Source: Octopus sinensis
Lineage: Eukaryota
Assembly: GCF_006345805.1 (NCBI RefSeq)
Contig: NC_043000.1
Location: 12,648,001 to 12,712,000, forward strand
Reading direction: 5' to 3'
Length of the DNA stretch: 64,000 nucleotides
The translations under genes were made by a program, and so were the position numbers. The notes beneath the pieces are model-generated. The model was given only the letters and a program-made list of their open reading frames with translations. It had not been told where the DNA came from and did not search any database. Within the stretch, counting starts at the first letter, position 1. Each line of letters begins with the position of its first letter. Below are positions 38,371-51,520 of this stretch, one piece after another.

Positions 38371-39306
38371 AATGCCCTGATGCAGTACCAGGCAGTGGCT
38401 CTCGTGGCTTCTGATCTTAACTGACTGGAGGTGTTATCATGTACATTGTTTTGTCTTGATATAAAAGATGGGCTACACCAAATATTCTGCTCAATACCAC
38501 AGATTTGCTTGTCAGTTGCTTGACCTAAACCAGTTTACCATGTCCCTTAGTGGCTGACGATATGTGCATCTCTGAGATCACAAGCAGAAATAATAGGGGA
38601 AGTATCATAGCCATGTGTTGAGAGGAATTCTTTGGGGTTTGGATAATTCACTTTTGAAAGCATAGATGTTTTGTTCTACATCCTTAAACAACCCTTATTC
38701 AGGGACCTTTTGAGCAGGATGGGCTACTCAACCTGAAGAAATTTCTAACTGGGCCCCACCTGCAAGGTCATGTGCTGTTTATCTTGATATGAGATCATTA
38801 TTTCGTGCACATATTGTTGTGATGCATGTGCCTGGTATACCCTTATCAGACGGGTAGTCATGATGGGTACACTGGGCTTTGTATATTTGTAGCTCAGTCT
38901 CACTTTGATGGCATGCACTGCTCTCTCACTCAATAATAATAATATAATAATAATAATAAATGTCCTGATGCAGTACCAGGTAGCAGCTCTCATGGCTTCT
39001 GATCTTAACTGACTGGAAGTGTTATCATGTACATGTTTTGTCTTGGTATAAAAGATGGGCTACACCAAATATTCTGCTCAAAACCACAGATTTGCTTGTC
39101 AGTTTCTTGATCTTAACCAGTTGAGCATGTTCCTTAGTGGTCGACGATATGTGCATCTCTTATCAAGAGCAGAAGTAGTGGTGGAGCATCATAGCCGTGT
39201 GTTTAAAGGAATTCTTGGAGGTTTGAATAATTCACTTCTGGAAACATGGGTGTTTCATTTATCTGGGCCTCATATATTTGTACCCCAGTGTCACTTTAAT
39301 GGTATG
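38371..39306 (+). mobile_element. Two tandem copies of a non-coding ~560-bp TAA-array-associated element
   Basis: Copies at 38371-38931 and 38959-39306 (the second internally deleted) both start AATG(C/T)CCTGATGCAGTACCAGG and are separated by (TAA)n. Confidence 0.85.
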
Positions 39307-39313
39307 AAATAAT

Positions 39314-39545
39314 ATATTTCTTTATTTCCCACAAGGAGCTAAACATAGAGGGAACAAACAAGAACAGACAAAGGGATTAAGTCAATTACATCAACCACAG
39401 TGCGAAACTGGTACTTAATTTATCAACCCCGAAAGGATGAAAGGCAAAGTCGACCTCGGCGGAATTTGAACTCAGAACGTAACAACAGACGAAATACCGC
39501 TAAGCATTTCGCCCAGCGCGCTAACGTGTCTGCCAGCTCGCCGCC
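39314..39545 (-). mobile_element. SINE family D monomer
   Basis: Head GGCGGCGAGCTGGCAGA, B-box GAGTTCAAATTC, tail ...GTGGGAAATAAAGAAATA. Confidence 0.85.
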
Positions 39546-39585
<40 letters not shown>

Positions 39586-40369
39586 TAATAACAATAATAA
39601 TAATAATAACAACAATAATCTTTTCTAGTATACACACAAAGTCTAAAACTTTGAGGGAAGGGGATAGTCAAGTACATTGACCCCAATATACAACTGGTAT
39701 TTAGTTTAATGACCCCCACCCTACAAAGAATGAAAAGCAAAGTCAACACCAGCAGTATTTGAATTCAGAATGTGAAGTTGGAAGAAATGCTGCTAACAAT
39801 TCTGCCTGCTCACCACCATAATAATTATGACGATGATGATGACGACGACGATGACGATGATGAGGATGTATTTATATGGGTACATCATAAAGCCAAATAT
39901 TTACCAGAGAATAGAAAACAGGTCACATTGATGATTTAAGACTTTTCTAAGTGAATATCATTGATTCACAACAGTGACAATACATGTTTCTCTGTTGCAG
40001 GGCTCAACCCAAATCCTGCACCACAAATCTCCCTACAGTCATAAAAAGTGGGGGACAATGTGATATGACATGAGTTTTTAATGAAGAAATTTGTCAACGA
40101 CAGCAATAACCAAGACTTAAATCTGGATTTATTTAGGTGGAACAGAGTAAGGTGCTTAGAGCTGAGATTAAGGTACTCGCATAAGGAATTAATTCTGTAT
40201 AATGTGTAAATGTGTTACAGGGAAGCTTTAGGAAGGCTTATTGTTTGGTGTTATGAACACTTATAAAACGAGAAATTTCCTCTCAAGCTAACTAGGCAGT
40301 TATATTGTTAGCTATTTGGTCATGATTGTTTACTGAAGTTAAGGAAGATGAGGAGTGGTAATTTGGTGT

Positions 40370-40720
40370 AGTAGTAGTGGTGGTGGTGGTGGTGGTGGTG
40401 GTAATAGTAGTAGTAGTAGCAGCAGCAGTGGTGATGGTGGTGGTTATTGTTGGTGTAGTGGGGTTGGTGGGAGTTAGTAGTTGTTGTACAAGTGGTTGTG
40501 GTGGAAGTGGTGGTGGTGGTTGTAGTAGTATTTGTTGTAGTAGTAGTAGTAGTTCATGATTGCAGTGGTGGTGGTGATGTTCATGACAATACTGATGGTG
40601 GTGGTGGTGGTGGTGGGTAGTGTTGTTAGTGATATTGGTGGAGGGTAGAAGTTGCAGTAGTAGAAATAAATGGTGGTATTAGTATTAGCAGTAATAGCCA
40701 AGTAAGTCACTGTGGTGATG
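40370..40720. repeat. (GGT/AGT)n low-complexity tract
   Basis: Mixed trinucleotide repeats. Confidence 0.85.
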
Positions 40721-41194
40721 ATAGTCAGAATGGTAGAATTAATGTCATCTGTTGTAAAGCAGCAGCAGCAGCAGGATGAAATTGATGCTATCACCACCAT
40801 CACACCCACCACTATCATCACTTTCATCAGAATCATCAGTTTAACATCAGCCCAGTTCAGCTTTCCGCTGCATAGATGCTAAATGGATAGTAAGGACCAA
40901 CACACTGACAAAACCACCATGCATCCTTATTTGAGATTAAAGAATTTTCAGCCCCAGATCTTTCTGTGGCTTCCCTCTGTCCTTCTTCAGTTACTCTCCA
41001 CTCAAAATGCAAGGAGACTGGAACTCCTTCACTTAGCACTCCTTTCCTTTATCATTCATCTCAATGGGGAAACTAAACATGACTTCCATGCTATTATAGA
41101 CCTTCCTAAATTGGAGATTTTTATGTATCACAAACATTTTAACTTTCAACAGCTTTTTTTAAAGAATTTCTACTTATTGAGTCAATGATAAGGC

Positions 41195-41490
41195 CTCTAC
41201 ATAGTCGCCCAACTAGCTGGAAATAGCAGCTGAATCTTCAACTTGCACCCTAGCAAGTTTTTGGCTTTGAGTCCATTGCTTGTAATGTGATATTCACAAG
41301 TCACTCAACTAGCTGGAAATAACAACCTAATCTTCAATTTGATGCACTCAACCATTTTAATTTTAGCTTTGAATCCATTGCTTCTACATGTGGTACTCAT
41401 AAATCATTCAACCTGCTAGAAATAGCAGCCTAATCTAGAACTTGCATTTTGGGATTGAGTCCATTGCTTACAAATGTGACATTCACAACA
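41195..41490. repeat. Three ~90-100-bp tandem units derived from a dispersed repeat
   Basis: CAACTAGCTGGAAATAGCAGC...AATCT...TTGAGTCCATTGCTT...ATGTG occurs three times; related single copies near 18750, 44420 (minus) and 60030. Confidence 0.75.
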
Positions 41491-41855
41491 TATACATTAA
41501 TAGATGAATAACATAAGAAACATCATTTATGTTTTTTTGTTTTGCAAGATTCCTGACATGAGATCATGTGTTGGGAGTGGTCATATTTTGCCAATAAACA
41601 TACATGCAACAAGAGAAGACACGTGGCATAAAGAGTTGTTGAAGAGGTCACAGGATGTGTGATGAAAGAGCTTTGACAAAGAAACAAAAATAATAAAAGT
41701 AAAGCTGAAATAAAGACCAAACCTATAGTGTGTGTGTTTACTGGCAAAATATGACCATACCAAGGTATAACAATAAGAAACATCTTCCTACTTTCTCCCT
41801 TAGACATTAACATACTACATACATTGATAATAAGGGCATTGCTGAATGCCTAAAC

Positions 41856-42030
41856 GAATTATGGGCAAATTGTGGCCCATGGGTTGTATGTGGCTTGTAA
41901 GAATTTCTAAATGGCGTGGTCAATGAAAAATTACCATGAATTTTTTTTTTTTTTTGTTAATAGTGTGACCTGCCTGATGATGAATCATGTCTCATGTGGC
42001 CTGCTTCTCAAAAAGGGTTGCCCATGCCTG
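41856..42030. mobile_element. hAT (Charlie/MER58-like) MITE
   Basis: ATGGGCAA and TTGCCCATGCCTG termini; TSD GCCTAAAC/GCCTAAAT. Confidence 0.65.
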
Positions 42031-42380
42031 GCCTAAATACTCAAGAAAATGTCTGTTGCTGACCTGCAGCACCCCAAGATCTGTGATCAAATATTTCAAA
42101 AATCCTATGACTACACAACCATTCATTTCAACTGTTTCACATCTATCCTTCCATGCTTTCCCAGGAGCAACTGTTTTTACATAATGATAGGTGCAGGCAT
42201 GGATGTGTGGTTAACAAGCTTGCTTCCCAACCATGTGGTCTTGGGTTCAGTTCTTCAGCACAGCACACAGGGCAAGTGTCTTCCACTACGTTTGACTTTC
42301 ATTCTTTGGGAGGGTCGATGAAATAAGTACCGGCTGAACACTGAATAAGATGTAATCAACTAGCTTCATCCTAACAAATT

Positions 42381-42797
42381 TACTCTTTTAGTCTTTTACT
42401 TGTTTCAGTCATTTCACTGTGGCCATGCTGGAGCAATGCCTTTAGTCGAGCAAATCGAACCCAGGACTTATTCTTTGTAAGCCTAGTACTTATTCTGTCA
42501 TTCTCTTTTGCCGAACCGCTAAGTTACGGTGACGTAAACACACCAGCATCAGTTGTCAAGCGATGTTGGTGGGGACAAACACAGACACACAAATATATAC
42601 ACACACATGCATATATATATATATATATATACATTTATACGATGGGCTCCTTTCAGTTTCCGTCTACCAAATCCACTCACAAGGCTTTGGTTGGCCCGTG
42701 GCTATAGTAGAAGATACTTGCCCAAGCTTGCCGGTAAGATACTTACCCGGAACCATGTGGTTTGTAAGCAAGCTACTTACCACACAGCAACTCCCAC
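42381..42797 (-). mobile_element. SINE family A
   Basis: Matches family A; the head region is rearranged. Confidence 0.8.
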
Positions 42798-44267
42798 AGA
42801 TAAAATTTCAGAAACCAAATAGAAAGGATTATTAAACAAATGATGTTGTTCACTTCCAGTCTTCCATGGAAAACATGTAGAGCTATGGGAAAATATTACC
42901 TTGCTTGGAAACAAGGAGAGTTGGTAACAGGAAGGGAACTTGGCCATAGAAAATCTGCATCAATGAATTGTCTAACCTATGCAAGCATGGAAAAGTGAAT
43001 GCTAAATGAAGATGATGATGATGACAACGATGACAATGATATACTATAACTTATTAGCTATCTACTATATTCACAACTGTTCCATCTATACAAGCCTACA
43101 GTCAAGTCTACAGTGATGAGACTGTCCTCCCACAGATAAAATTTCAGGAACCAAACCCATTAATCTCATTGTTTGCAGCCAGTCACGTGTTCTTACAATC
43201 CTCTCAACCTTTCAAGAGGTTCTCAAGAAGTCTCTAAGTGGAAGCAAAATACTGTACTTGGAGTACGATGATGGGGTGCTGTGAGAAATTATAGTTTGGT
43301 CAGCCAAACTTAAAACTCTAGTGCAACGATCAAAGAGGTCTTTACTAGAGTTTAGTAAAAGTTGCAGACAGCTAGATACTAATGGTTACTACAGACCATC
43401 CTAGTTATATACATATACATTCAAACTACCTCGTGCACATGCACAAAACACACATACAGTGCATGTACATACACACATTTTTATTTACATCTCCACTAAT
43501 TTGAAATAGTTCCTTATAATTCTTTATGAGCAAGTGTCTTCTACTGTAGCTCTAGCCCAACCAAAGCCTTATGTGTGGATTGGGTCGATGGAAATTGTAT
43601 GAAGCCCATCATTTATACATACATACAAATATACATATATGTATTCATGCATAAATCATCATCATTATCATCATCGTTTAACGTCCGTTTTCCATGCAAG
43701 CATGGGTTGAATGGTTCGACCGGGGTCTGGGAAGCCAGGAGGCTGCACCAGGCTCCAGTCTGATCTGGCAGTGTTTCTACAGCTGGATGCCCCTTCCTAA
43801 TGCCAAACACTCTGTGAGTGTAGTGGGTGCTTTTTATGTGCCACTGGCACAGAGGACAGGAGGCTGGCAACATCCACAATCAGTTGGTGCTTTTTACATG
43901 CCACCAGCACAGATGCCATTCAAGGCGGCGCTGGTATCAGCCATGTTTGGATGGTGCTTTTTATGTGCCACCGGCATGTGTGTGTGTGTGGTGGGGCATG
44001 TGTGTACCAATGTGTTTGCAAATTTGCATGTACCCTTGCCTAGACAACAGATGATGGTTGTAAATGAGCATCATTATCATACAAGCAAGGTTGCGTGTTT
44101 GCAGTTTTTGAAGAAAAACCTCCCCGGCCATGGGGAAATATCATGTTACTTCTAACTAAATGAGGGTTGGCAAATGCAAAAGCATCCAGCTGTAGAAAAT
44201 CTGCCTCAACAAATTCCTTCTGATGCATGCAAACATGGGAAGTGAATGTTAAATGATAATGATTACA

Positions 44268-44307
<40 letters not shown>

Positions 44308-45031
44308 ATACTTCAGCTAAATATATATCTTTATATCTACATCTATCTACACACACACACACACATTCAATAAATTCTACTACTATTGTTGACAGTAGAA
44401 ATAATACTTTCCCAAATTTGATTTGAGGGAGATTTACTTGCTATTTTTAACAGGTCAAGCAACCACTTACAAGCTTCCTTGTCACTGAATAATGTAGTCA
44501 TCAAAAGATACATCCTCCTCATTTTAACATCAACTTTTCCTTGCTTGCATGGGTCAGACAATTTCGCAGAGGCATGTTTTCTACAGCTGGATGCTTTCCC
44601 TGTCACAAACCTTCACAAATTTATGCTTTCCCAGAAACTTAGAAATGAAGGACAGTGCTTGTATGACAATTGTTTACAACTATCCGGTAATGTCTAGAGA
44701 AGGCAGTAGACACAGATGCGCACCACAGGCAAATTTGACACCACGTAAGTTTTATGGGTGTAGAACACATCCAGTCATCTGCTGTTCAGAGTCCCAGAAC
44801 ACCTAATGAGTGTTCTATGCTCATGAAACTTAAGGTAACGTGGAGGTGAGTCAAACTGTTATTAAATACATCTAACTGCAACTAAGTATGCTCAATGCTA
44901 TTTTCTTTCATTCCTTAATATACATATATGAAGAGAGAGAGAGAGAGTCGGTAAGAGAGATAGACAGGCAGAGGAGAGTGAGTGGGTGAACAAATGAATG
45001 AATGTAGCACTCAATATTGTCAGTTGGATTT

Positions 45032-45088
<57 letters not shown>

Positions 45089-45935
45089 TCTACTGATTTC
45101 ATTCATTACTCAAAATATGGTACAGTTGGAAAGAACCCAAAACCACCATAATGTTGCATACCAAACTTCTTAACCATTCCACCATTTTTGTGCTCATTAT
45201 GTGAATGTGTGTGAATATGTATGTGTGTGTGAATATGTGTGTGTGTGTGTGTGTGAGCTTTTGACTGTTATTATCCAAAAGAGGTTTTTCAACCGAAGAC
45301 TTACATACTATTATTTATAGATTTATGCATGCTTCAAAATACCATTATTCCAAAGAAGAATCATTTCACATTCTCTTCTGAGTATATAAATTCTTGACAT
45401 CAACACTGTCGACATATGTATGTATATATGCCTTTGTTTACACACACACACACACACACACACACAGATAGATAGACAAATAGATGTGTGTATGAGTATA
45501 TATATATATGTATGTATGTATGTATGTGCATATGCATGTATGTGTATATGTGCATATGCATGTGTATATATGTGTGTGTATATATAAGTATGTATGCATA
45601 TATATGTATATGCCTATGTATATGTATTAATAGCTCTTTATATATATGTATATATGTACGGATGTATGTATGCGTATATATATATGTATGCATGTATGCG
45701 TATATGTATGTATATATGTGCATATGCATGTGTATGTATATGTGCATATGCATGTGTATATATGTGTGTGTGTATATAAGTATGTATGCATATATATGTA
45801 TATGCCTATGTATATGTATTAATAGCTCTTTCGGTTTTGTATTCAATTTGATTACATGTGTGTGTGTGTGTGTGTGTGTGCGCGCACACGTGCCGATATA
45901 TGTCTGTGAGTATGTAAGAGTGAGTGTGTTCATAC

Positions 45936-46005
45936 CTAAGTGTGTATGTGTAATATATGAACACACAAAAGCCCACACAATGCTCATTGCATTCCACTTG
46001 TCCAT
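45936..46005 (-). CDS. Candidate first coding exon (MDKWNAMSIVWAFVCSYITHTHL, phase 1)
   Basis: aacATGG start context; TTAG|GTATGA donor; unique UTR-like sequence upstream to about 46200. Confidence 0.25.
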
Positions 46006-46517
46006 GTTCCAGGTATTATACGCATGTAAGTAGATCAACAAAAGAGGTCTGTAACAAAGGAGTGAAAGGACGTTAAGTCCTCCTGCAAGTAGTCTTCTGT
46101 AGAGAAGTGGAACGAATGGAAATAGCAGAAGATGCTGGCTAACAGACAGACTGTCTCGGTTTTTCCTTCCTTCTTCTCCTTACTCTTTCTCCGCATTTAC
46201 ACACACCACACACACACACACACACACAGAGTCACATTCATTGTGGCATGACAACTTCAAGTTATCTGCAGATCCTGTGCAACTTCTGCTTCTCCTTCTC
46301 AACCTATACCCACAACCTCAGACATCCTTACACGTATACATATAAGATACATACACACATCTGTCGATCTATCTATCTATCTATCTTTCTATATATATAT
46401 ATATATATATTTATATACCGGAGTAAACACATAAATGTGAAACAAGGTGGAAAAAAAGAGTACTCAAATACCAGTGGTAGAGTAATATGCTTTATTTAAA
46501 GCAGCAGAAAATTCAAC

Positions 46518-46564
46518 AAAATCTGTTACTCTGAGTCTCTCGTTGCCGTTCATCGGACAGTTTT
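46518..46564 (-). ncRNA. Second CCGAUGA-type hammerhead fold within an inverted duplication (46490-46622)
   Basis: AAAACUGU-CCGAUGA-ACG(GCAA)CGA-GAGA-CUCAGAG-UA-ACAGAUUUU; the inverted arm retains GAAA. Confidence 0.6.
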
Positions 46565-46627
46565 TGCAACGAGAAACTCAGAGTAACAGATTTTGTTGAA
46601 TTTTCTGCTGCTTTAAATAAAGTATAT

Positions 46628-46669
<42 letters not shown>

Positions 46670-46794
46670 AACATGGCAGAAGTAAATAGACACCCCATTA
46701 AACATTGTTTCGTGTTTATTCTAACTTGTAAAGGTTTATATTTTTTATTAATTGACATTTTTATATTTCAGGTTCTATATGTGACTGTTTAATC

Positions 46795-47485
46795 ATGCCA
46801 TGTACAAAGGAAGCTTTGGAACTGTCTGGATTTCAAAGAGGCCATATTGTAGTTTATTCTGGAGGTGGACATAGCCTAAAATTGTAGAAAACCTTGGAGC
46901 CTTCTTTCTACAGTTAATAGAGTGATTGTGCAATTCACCAGGAGAGGGGAAAGAGTCCACAAAACCTCACCCAGATTAACCAGGACAGGACCCTTCTCTT
47001 TGTTAAGTGTGGTGGATAATCCTCGTTGCAAGGCCTCTGACACAGCAGAACAAGTTGATGTCAGTCCCAGACATCTGTCAGGCATTTGCACAAACTTGTT
47101 TACTTTGGCAGAGTAGCATGAAGGAAGCTACTTCTCCAAACAGCCAATATCAAAAGGAGAAAAGATAGGGTCAGTAAGATGGTGGAGAAGCCACTAGTAT
47201 TTTGAGACACTGTCATATTCTCTGATGAGTCCAGATTTGCTGTATTTCCTGACAGTGGTTGAGTGTGGGTCTGGAGACTCTTTGATCAAAAATTAGATGT
47301 GAAAAGATTGCAGCCAACAATGAAACTCAGCAGCTATTTTGTGATGTCTGGGGAGCAATTTGGAGCAATGGTTGATCAGAGCTGGTGGAGTGTAAGGGAA
47401 ACATAAACTCAGATACATGTATCCATATTGCAGAATGGACTCCTTCCAATCTCATTCCAATGGTGAAATGATTAAAGAAGATTCT
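46795..47485 (+). mobile_element. Tc1 transposase pseudogene, 3'-truncated
   Basis: MPCTKEALELSGFQRGHIV..., GRVA*RKLLL, F*DTVIFSDESRFAVFPDSG*VWVWR...LQPTMK...WGAIW...GNINS; contains stops and frameshifts. Confidence 0.9.
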
Positions 47486-47542
47486 TTATTTACACACATA
47501 CATATATATTCATACAAACATACATATATGCATATCTATCTA

Positions 47543-47585
<43 letters not shown>

Positions 47586-47661
47586 AAATATATTTACACA
47601 TATACATATATGTGTGGGGGGTTGCATACATATACACATATATACATACAAACACATGCAT

Positions 47662-47693
<32 letters not shown>

Positions 47694-48455
47694 ATGCATA
47701 CTTTGTGGTAGCCACTTCAAGAAGATACAAGATAGCATTTCTCTTCCAATATTCCCAACGCACACACACTTACATGCATGTGCACACCCACGCCCACACA
47801 CACATACTGGCCAGATGGCTTCAGGCAAGGAGGTTAATCTACCTCCAACTGACCACTTGACAGCAGTAAAATTACGCAGGATTTTTCTTATCTCATCTCA
47901 AACCCACTATGTACATAAATACACATACATTAAAAGTAGTCATCCACCAAACACACACACACACACACACACACTCACACACACATGGTATGTGGTAATT
48001 AGAATTGTGAATCTCACAAAGCACTTTCTAATCATTTGACCCTTTTGCATTCATACAAGCCATATCCAGCCCCCAATTATTCTACCTGTTTAACCCTTCG
48101 GTGTTTAAACCAGCCATATCTGGGGTGCAAAAATATCCTACCTGTTTTATTATTCAAACCAGCCAGATCTGATATCTCACAGCTGTTCTATAATGTCATT
48201 CTAAAAGCAAACAATCACATCATTGAAATCTTGAGACTAAGACATAATGTATGATTAACTTAAAACAATGTGGGCAAAAAAAAAGTATCACTTGACAGAA
48301 TAATCTAAAGGGTTAAATCAGGTGGGGGGGGGGCTTTCAACTATTTTTTTTACCTATGGACCCCTTTGATTGCTATTTCATTCTGTTGGACCCCTATAAC
48401 TATTCAATGTTTAAAAACTAGTTTTATAGAAACTTCTTTCAAAATATCTCACAGC

Positions 48456-48827
48456 AGGAGTGGTTGTGTGGTAAGTAGCTTGCTTACCAACCACATAGTT
48501 CCAGGTTCAGTTGCACTGCATGGCACCTTGGGCAAGTGTCTTCTACTATAGTCTCGGGCTGACCAAAGCCTTGTGAGTGGATTTGGTAGATGGAAACTGA
48601 AAGAAGCCTGTCGTATATATGTGTGTGTGTGTTTTTGTCCCTTCAACATCGCTTGACAACCGATGCTGGTGTTTTTACATCCCCGTAACTTAGTGGTTCG
48701 GCAAAAGAGACTGATAGAATAAGTACTAGGCTTACAAAGAATAAGTCTTGGGGTTGATTTGCTCGACTAAAGGCAGTGCTCCAGCATGGCTGCAGTCAAA
48801 TGACTGAAACAAGTAAAAGAGTAAAAG
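48456..48827 (+). mobile_element. SINE family A inside a ~270-bp tandem duplication
   Basis: 48181-48445 is repeated at 48828-49081. Confidence 0.85.
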
Positions 48828-49218
48828 AGCTGTTCTATAATGTCATCCTAAAAGTAAACAATCACATCATTGAAATCTTGAGACTAAGACATAATGTATG
48901 ATTAACTTAATGTGGGTAAAAAATGGATCACTTGACAAAATAATCTAAAGGGTTAAATCAGGGGGGCTCTCAACCATTTTTTTTTTTACCTATGAACCCC
49001 TTTGATTGCTATTTCATTCTGTTGGACACCTATAACTATTCAATGTTTAAAAACTAGTTTTATAGAAACTTCTTTCAAAATTCCTATTTTGTTTTCACAC
49101 AATTAGCTTGTGTAGGCTGAACTATGTAAAATGTTAGAGAAAGAAACCTAGCTGTTTCTAGCAATACATACTAATACATACATCTAAAGCAAAATTTTTT
49201 GGGGGAGCCCTTAAAATA

Positions 49219-49446
49219 CAGGGTGTGGCAGAAAGGTTGCCCCAATTTCAAAGATTAATAAATAAAAAAAAACAAGCACATGAAGATTATGAAAAAACTT
49301 TGTATTTCTATGAAGTTCATTAAATGCCATTTTGTTTTTCTGTTTTAGGTTGTACCCACCATGACTTGGAGTGGAGAACATCATTTTTTTCTTGTATCTT
49401 CATGTGTTTGTTTTTCATTAACCTTTGAAATCGGGGCAACCTTTCT
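49219..49446 (+). mobile_element. Tc1/mariner-type MITE with the right TIR cut by a SINE
   Basis: TA|CAGGGTGTGGCAGAAAGGTTGCCCCAATTTCAAAG pairs with CTTTGAAATCGGGGCAACCTTTCT. Confidence 0.7.
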
Positions 49447-49450
49447 TACT

Positions 49451-49861
49451 TCTTTATTGCCCACAAGGGGCTAAACATAGAGGGGACAAACAAGGACAGA
49501 CAAAGGGATTAAGTCGATTACATTGACCCCAGTGCGTAACTGGTACTTAATTTATCGACCCCGAAAGGATGAAAGGCAAAGTCGACCTCGGCAGAATTTG
49601 AACTCAGCACATAACGGCAGACGAAATACCTATTTCTTTACTACCCACAAGGGGCTAAACACAGAGAGGACAAACAAGAACAGACAAAGAGATTAAGGCA
49701 ATTATATCGACTCCAGGGCATAAATGGTACTTATTTAATCGACCCCAAAAGGATGAGAGGCAAAGTTGACCTCGGCGGAATTTGAACTCAGAACGTAGCG
49801 ACAGACGAAATACTGCTAAGCATTTCACCCGGCATGCTAACATTTCTGCCAGCTGGCCGCC
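49451..49861 (-). mobile_element. Dimeric SINE family D
   Basis: Two body-tail units joined at GACGAAATACCTATTTCTTTACTACCCAC. Confidence 0.9.
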
Positions 49862-50159
49862 TTATAGAAAATATTTTTGTCATTAGAAAAATATTTTTGT
49901 CATTGCTAAGCTGGTGTAAGGAATATAGATTACCTTTCAAAGGAAAGTTTTAATTTAACTCTTTAGCATTTAAACTGGCTATATCTGGCCAAAATAATCT
50001 ACCTGCATTATCTTCAAAATTGGCCAGCTCTGCTCTCTCACACTTACCCTTCAATATTATTCTAAAAATAAACAATCATACCACTGAAATCTCAAAGCTA
50101 CATGGTAAAGCATGACTAATTCAAAACAATGTGAATAAAGAAGCATTATATTTGATGAA

Positions 50160-50496
50160 GTGAAGGTGCATGGCTCAGTGGTTAGAGCATTGAGCTTACG
50201 ATTGTGAGGTTGTGAGTTCGAATCTCGGACCAGGCTGCGTGTTGTGTTCTTGAGCAAGGCACTTTATTTCACGTTGCTCCCGTTCACTCAGCTGTAGAAA
50301 TGAGTTGCAATGTCACAGGTGCCAAGCTGTATTGGCCTTTGCTTTTCCCTTGGATAACACTGGTGGCGTGGAGAGGGGAGGCCGGTATGCATGGGCGACT
50401 GCTGGTCTTCCATAAACAACCTTGCCCGGACTTGTGCCTGGGAGGGTAACTTTCTAGGTGCAATCCCACGGTCAGTCATGACCGAAGGGGGTCTCA
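50160..50496 (+). mobile_element. tRNA-derived SINE, head C with a third tail type, nested in a piggyBac-like MITE
   Basis: Flanked by ATTTGATGAA and ATTTGACGAA. Confidence 0.85.
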
Positions 50497-50535
50497 ACAT
50501 TTGACGAAAAAATTTGAATGCTAAAGAGTTGGATC

Positions 50536-50794
50536 GTGGAGGCTCATGGCTTAGTGGTTAGGGTGTCAGCATCATGATCGTAAGATTGTGGTTTCGATTC
50601 CTAGACTGGGCAACGCGTTGTGTTCTTGAGCAAAACACTTCATTTCGCGTTGCTCCAGTTCACTCAGCTGGCAAAAATGAGTAACGCTGTGATGGACTGG
50701 CGTCCCATCCAGCTGGGGAATACATACGCCATAGAAACCGAGAAACCGGGCCCATGAGCCTGGCTAGGCTTTAAAAGGGCACATTTATTATTTA
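50536..50794 (+). mobile_element. tRNA-derived SINE, head C with the GATGGACTGGCGTCCCATCCAG-type tail
   Basis: 14-bp TSD TAAAGAGTTGGATC at 50522-50535 and 50795-50808. Confidence 0.9.
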
Positions 50795-51520
50795 TAAAGA
50801 GTTGGATCACTTTAAAACAGGAATTTTGTACCATAGAACCAGGCAAGTTGATATCAAAACGATTAACACTTTTAAGATTTATTTTGTCAAATGTATTGTT
50901 TATTCATTCACATTGTTTTGAATTAATCTCATAGCGTCAAAATTTTGATGTTATTGTTTCTGATTGTATGATAGAAAATTATTATTATTTATTTATATTA
51001 TTCTATTTTGTAAATTTAAGTTCTTTCTTGTATGCTACAATGGTTTGGTGACCTCACAGGTAGTTTGCTGGTCGATATTTTGTGTTGCTTTTTAGACAAC
51101 ACCGCAATCATGGACGTAGACACTGAAGTATATACATACACCAAAATAATTATAGACATATCAAAATAACACATCCCACAAAACAACATGAAGGGAAAAA
51201 AAATATCAAATAAATACAACCACAATTACACAACAGAAATAGCCAACCTCACACACATACAAAAACAAAAAAAGCAACAAAAAATAAAGCAAAGATAATC
51301 TCAAATAACATTTCACTGAAACCACATAAAACCAAAATAAAGTTCATTACTGCTTAACTAAAACAATGAAATAACAAAAAATAAATAAAATAAAATAAAT
51401 GAAATATATACAAAAAAAAACAGAAGACAAGCAAACATTGGTATCTGGCATATGCCACAAAGTCAACAGTTATGCCCTATACAGTAATTAGTATCAACAC
51501 CAACAATGGCAACAGCAACA

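Noticed and set aside
35180-41490. CRISPR-like repeat-spacer arrays at 35180 and 41195
   Set aside because: Units are homologous along their whole length with no unique spacers, there are no cas genes, and the context is eukaryotic.
47222-47228. CTGATGA hammerhead core
   Set aside because: It is part of the Tc1 FSDES codons; no matching stems or GAAA.
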